Below are positions 60,613-64,000 of a stretch of DNA of 64,000 nucleotides, piece by piece. The DNA lies in the sequence record SRR9188677_110. One strand, 5' to 3'. Each line of letters starts with the position of its first letter. Within the stretch, counting starts at the first letter, position 1. Both the position numbers and the translations under genes were made by a program. The notes below the pieces were generated by a model. That model did not search any database. It saw nothing but the letters and a program-made list of their open reading frames with translations, and had not been told where the DNA came from.

Positions 60613-61704
60613 ATGAAAGCTATAAACACTTATTTCTGCCTTATCTCCATAGCCTTGCTATCAGCATGCACAGCAAGCGATGCTAAAAAAAACAGTACAT
60701 CAAATAAACCGGAAAAACCGGTGGTCAAATTGATTAGACTCCAGCTGGAACCCATTTCCAACAAGCTCACTTTAACAGGAGAAATTACGCCTTTGGACCG
60801 GGCCAACATTTTTTCGCGCATACCTGGTTATGTGAAGGATGTAAAGGTGGATATAGGAACGAGAGTTAAAAAAGGTGAGATATTGTGTATCCTTGACGCC
60901 CCTGAATTAAGAGCTGCGCAGACGCAAAGCCAAAGCAATAGTATGGGTGCCAGAGCCAAATATGAAACCAGCAACAACACTTATTTGAGACTACTAAGGG
61001 CAGCAAAAACTCCTGGGGCTGTGGCAGATAATGAACTGGATATTGCCAGAAATCAAATGAAAGCAGATAGTGCGGTTTATTCGGCCTCACGTTCAGCTGC
61101 ACAAGCGAGTAAGAGCATCGAAGATTATCTGGTTATCCGTGCCCCCTTTGACGGTGTTGTTACGGTAAGAAATATATTCAAAGGAGACTTTGTAGATAAC
61201 ACAGGAAAAACAATGCTGTTTAGAATAGAGGATAATTCCTCTTTAAGGGTGGATGTTGCCGTACCAGAAGCCTACAATTCAGCTAAATTAAAAGATAATG
61301 AAGTTTCCTTTACCGTATCGGCTTATCCCGGACAGTTATTTAAAGCAAAACTGGCTAGGAAATCAGATGCTATTGATCCTCAGACAAGAAGTGAGGTTTG
61401 GCAGTTTACTTTCCCTAATTCAAAAGGATTGCTTAAGCCTGGGATGTTTGCACAGATTATACTTTCAATCAGTCGCGCGCAAGAAGGATTTATGGTTCCT
61501 TACAAAGCAGTAGTGACCAGTCAGGAAAGAAAATTTGTTATTATCGTTGAAAATGGAAAAACACGATGGGTAGATGTGAAGACAGGATTTACCAATATGG
61601 ATAAAATAGAAATTATTGGGGATCTTAAAGTAGGTGATCAAATCGTGAACCAGGCAAACGAAGAACTGAAAGAAGACACTTCAGTTGAGATAAAATCTGA
61701 ATAG
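60613..61704 (+). CDS. RND periplasmic adaptor (MFP) lipoprotein
   Basis: Lipobox LSAC, IRAPFDGVV, LKPGMFA. Confidence 0.92.
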   Translation: MKAINTYFCLISIALLSACTASDAKKNSTSNKPEKPVVKLIRLQLEPISNKLTLTGEITPLDRANIFSRIPGYVKDVKVDIGTRVKKGEILCILDAPELRAAQTQSQSNSMGARAKYETSNNTYLRLLRAAKTPGAVADNELDIARNQMKADSAVYSASRSAAQASKSIEDYLVIRAPFDGVVTVRNIFKGDFVDNTGKTMLFRIEDNSSLRVDVAVPEAYNSAKLKDNEVSFTVSAYPGQLFKAKLARKSDAIDPQTRSEVWQFTFPNSKGLLKPGMFAQIILSISRAQEGFMVPYKAVVTSQERKFVIIVENGKTRWVDVKTGFTNMDKIEIIGDLKVGDQIVNQANEELKEDTSVEIKSE

Positions 61705-61798
61705 AAAAAGGTAAAGATTATCCTACTTAAGGGTCATCTATGTTCTATTATTTGACACTTATCTTTTGTAAATTTAACCAAACATCAAAACTTAAAAC

Positions 61799-62797
61799 AT
61801 GGAAACATCCAAATTTAATCGCAGACAAGTTTTACAGGCAGGCGCCTTGTTAGGGACTAGTCTTTTGCTTCCTTTAAGTAAGGTAGAGGCGATGGTAGCA
61901 TCCGGTGCTCCGGGTAAAACCCCGCCACTTTCTGCCTCGGAGATTTCAGCAATTGAAACAGCAATGGATAAAAAAGGCGCTTACAACGAAGCAGAGTTTA
62001 CACACCTTACCTCCTTGCCGCGTAATGACCTGAAAATAAAGATTAAGGGAGAACCCATTCCTATTCCATTTGGTTTTGGTGGCTGGGTTGCCTTCAAAAA
62101 AACAACCGATGGTAAATCTGCAATGGTCATGAGCGATACAGTTCTGTTACAGGAAGAAGTTAATCCGCTGATCTCTGCTGCCCAGGCTAATGGACTGGAA
62201 ATTGCAGCCATACATAACCACTTCTTTTATGAAGAGCCACGTATTTTTTACATGCACATACATGGAATGGGGACTGTGGAAGAACTCGCAAAAAAATATG
62301 CTGCTACCATCAGGGACAGTAAACTTTTTCCAGCCAATCAACCGCCCGCATCCGCTCCTTCCACTGTGACGGGAAAAGAGAATTTTGATATTCCAGCACT
62401 TGATGCCATTGTAAAATATACAGGAGCAGTAAATGGGCCGACCTATAAATATACCGTTGGACGAAGTGATTTGAAGATCATTGCAATGGGGGTTGAAATG
62501 ACCGCAGCAATTGGCCTGAACAGCTGGGCATCTTTTGCCGGCAAGCAGGATGATGCACATATTGCGGGCGACATAGCAATGCTGCAGCATGAAGTAAACG
62601 AGGTGATTCGGGTATTGCGTAAGCACAATCTTGAAATTGTAGCAGTACATAATCATATGTTAGACGATGATCCCCACATGATCTTCCTCCATTATTATGG
62701 CCGTGGACAAGCAGCAACACTGGCACAAGGTTTTAGGGCAGCACTCGATGTGCTTGGTAAAAAGAAAGAAAAACACATGGGAGAAATGAAAATGTAG
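61799..62797 (+). CDS. DUF1259 (LppY/LpqO-like) tandem-domain protein with twin-arginine signal
   Basis: NRRQVLQ Tat-like motif; two repeats with AIHNHF...YMH and AVHNHM...FLHY. Confidence 0.8.
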   Translation: METSKFNRRQVLQAGALLGTSLLLPLSKVEAMVASGAPGKTPPLSASEISAIETAMDKKGAYNEAEFTHLTSLPRNDLKIKIKGEPIPIPFGFGGWVAFKKTTDGKSAMVMSDTVLLQEEVNPLISAAQANGLEIAAIHNHFFYEEPRIFYMHIHGMGTVEELAKKYAATIRDSKLFPANQPPASAPSTVTGKENFDIPALDAIVKYTGAVNGPTYKYTVGRSDLKIIAMGVEMTAAIGLNSWASFAGKQDDAHIAGDIAMLQHEVNEVIRVLRKHNLEIVAVHNHMLDDDPHMIFLHYYGRGQAATLAQGFRAALDVLGKKKEKHMGEMKM

Positions 62798-62828
62798 TTC
62801 TCCTCCAGAATATTTAAATGAAATAGTT

Positions 62829-63281
62829 ATGAAATGGATCACACGTGAACGGCCTAAAATTGACCGTATTGGATGCCCCTGGCTTATAAAAAACTTCGTA
62901 GATCTTGATGCAGAATTCATTTACGTACCCAAGGAGGCCGTTTTTGAAACTGCAAAAGCATTGAATGCCACACCCTATGATATTGTGGGCGCGGAGTATA
63001 CACATGAGGGAGATCGTTGTACTTTTGATCACATCATTAAAAAGCACAGCTTAACTGATCCTGCTGTGCTTCAAATTGCTGAAATTGTCCGTGGAGCAGA
63101 TACTAATTGTTTTGATCTTGCTCCGCAAGCCGCTGGGCTTTGGGCAATATCTGTCGGGCTTTCCTATAACTATAAAGATGACCATGAAATGCTGGAAATC
63201 GGATTAAAAATCTATGATGCTCTTTACAGCTGGGCGAAATTCCTGCAAAAAGAAACACATACCTGGAATCCAAAACCATGA
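62829..63281 (+). CDS. Stand-alone ChrB C-terminal domain protein (ChrF-like)
   Basis: WITRERPKIDRIGCPWLI...CTFD...RGADT; paralog of the N-terminal half of 55131..55970. Confidence 0.85.
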   Translation: MKWITRERPKIDRIGCPWLIKNFVDLDAEFIYVPKEAVFETAKALNATPYDIVGAEYTHEGDRCTFDHIIKKHSLTDPAVLQIAEIVRGADTNCFDLAPQAAGLWAISVGLSYNYKDDHEMLEIGLKIYDALYSWAKFLQKETHTWNPKP

Positions 63282-64000
63282 AAGAGAAACCAATTTATAA
63301 GCTAAGTGAAATGACCTTGTATTTTTTAAAGCTTGGTACATGGGGCTTTGGTGGTCCGGTTGCTTTAGTCGGTTATATGCACCGTGACCTTGTTGAAGAT
63401 AAAAAATGGGTTACTGAAGATGAATATAAAGAAGGTTTTGCCTTAGCTCAACTGGCACCTGGTCCTTTAGCTGCCCAATTGGGTATTTACATGGGCTTTG
63501 TACATTACAGCTTTTGGGGTGCAACACTGGCTGGATTTGCCTTTGTCCTGCCTTCATTTATCATGGTGGTATTATTGGGTATGGCTTACAAACTATATAG
63601 CGGTTTACCTGGTATGCAGGCAGTATTTTATGGAGTTAGTGCCGCAGTTATTGGAATTATTGCCATCAGTGCTTATAAATTAACTATTAAATCCGTTAGT
63701 AGTTTAAATTTAGAAGCTATAAAATCCAATTGGTTACTATGGCTATTTTACCTGGCAGGCATCGTAGTTACGGTGATCACCCAACAGGAAAGTGTTTTGT
63801 TATTTGTTGCTTGCGGATTAATCTATATGATTGTTAAGGCTCCGCCAAAATGGATGAAAAGACCTTCCTCAGTTCCTTCAGTATTGTTAATGGCTATGGG
63901 TTTTTGGGAGTATAAAGGAAAAACAGTAGAGGAGATCTGGTGGTTCTTTCTTAAAGCAGGCACTTTTGTGTTTGGCAGCGGACTGGCGATTGTCCCATTC
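63278..64000 (+). CDS. chrA: Chromate efflux transporter, truncated by window end
   Basis: Not in ORF track. ATGA overlap with upstream gene; manual translation MKEKPIYKLSEMTLYFLKLGTWGFGGPVALVGYMHRDLVE...QLAPGPLAAQLG...LPSF, and second repeat FLKAGTFVFGSG. Confidence 0.9.
   Translation, partial: MKEKPIYKLSEMTLYFLKLGTWGFGGPVALVGYMHRDLVEDKKWVTEDEYKEGFALAQLAPGPLAAQLGIYMGFVHYSFWGATLAGFAFVLPSFIMVVLLGMAYKLYSGLPGMQAVFYGVSAAVIGIIAISAYKLTIKSVSSLNLEAIKSNWLLWLFYLAGIVVTVITQQESVLLFVACGLIYMIVKAPPKWMKRPSSVPSVLLMAMGFWEYKGKTVEEIWWFFLKAGTFVFGSGLAIVPF

Larger units (their letters stand above)
54901..64000. mobile_element. Left end of a tRNA-integrated genomic island carrying chromate-resistance/efflux genes (continues beyond window)
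   Basis: tRNA 3' fragment at boundary, GTAACGTAT direct repeats at 55040 and 55051, visibly GC-richer coding sequence, resistance cargo; no integrase within window. Confidence 0.65.

Noticed and set aside
395-63683. Numerous 60-170 aa ORFs antisense to or nested in long genes (e.g. 5574..5924, 23339..23740, 42437..44890 set, 50788..51258, 62147..62656, 63498..63683)
   Set aside because: They shadow well-supported genes and have no recognisable motifs.

Overview
AT-rich Bacteroidota chromosome segment; gene content and TAnnTTTG promoters suggest Sphingobacteriaceae/Pedobacter-like (inference). From left to right: (1) a minus-strand array of six MacB/FtsX-type ABC permeases (the last one a pseudogene), two ATPases and one HlyD-type adaptor. 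It is divergent from an NtrC-family regulator/kinase pair, has two matching sigma54 promoter plus enhancer modules, and carries heptamer repeats in the spacers. (2) Housekeeping genes: Lrp, mntR-mntH, smpB, pcm, priA, tsaB, yidD, rnpA, rpmH, LiaF/LytS/LytTR, ChaN, mscL, rpoN, and a T9SS PorP/SprF with a type-B-CTD PKD protein. (3) The top candidate for an undescribed system: a tightly coupled operon encoding a ThiF-nitroreductase di-domain enzyme (Rv1355c/OxzB-like), a putative GNAT/LuxI-fold acyltransferase, a 7TM-DISM sensor kinase, a REC-kinase and receivers. It looks like a small-molecule (possibly oxazolone/N-acyl amino acid) synthase wired to its own receptor phosphorelay. (4) A 5'-truncated tRNA(CAT) fragment at about 54.9 kb marks the att boundary of a genomic island. 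The island carries a ChrB-AraC fusion regulator, TolC-RND-MFP efflux, a Tat-type DUF1259 protein, a ChrB/ChrF-like protein and chrA, and runs off the window. All calls come from reading motifs by eye; no database searches were run.
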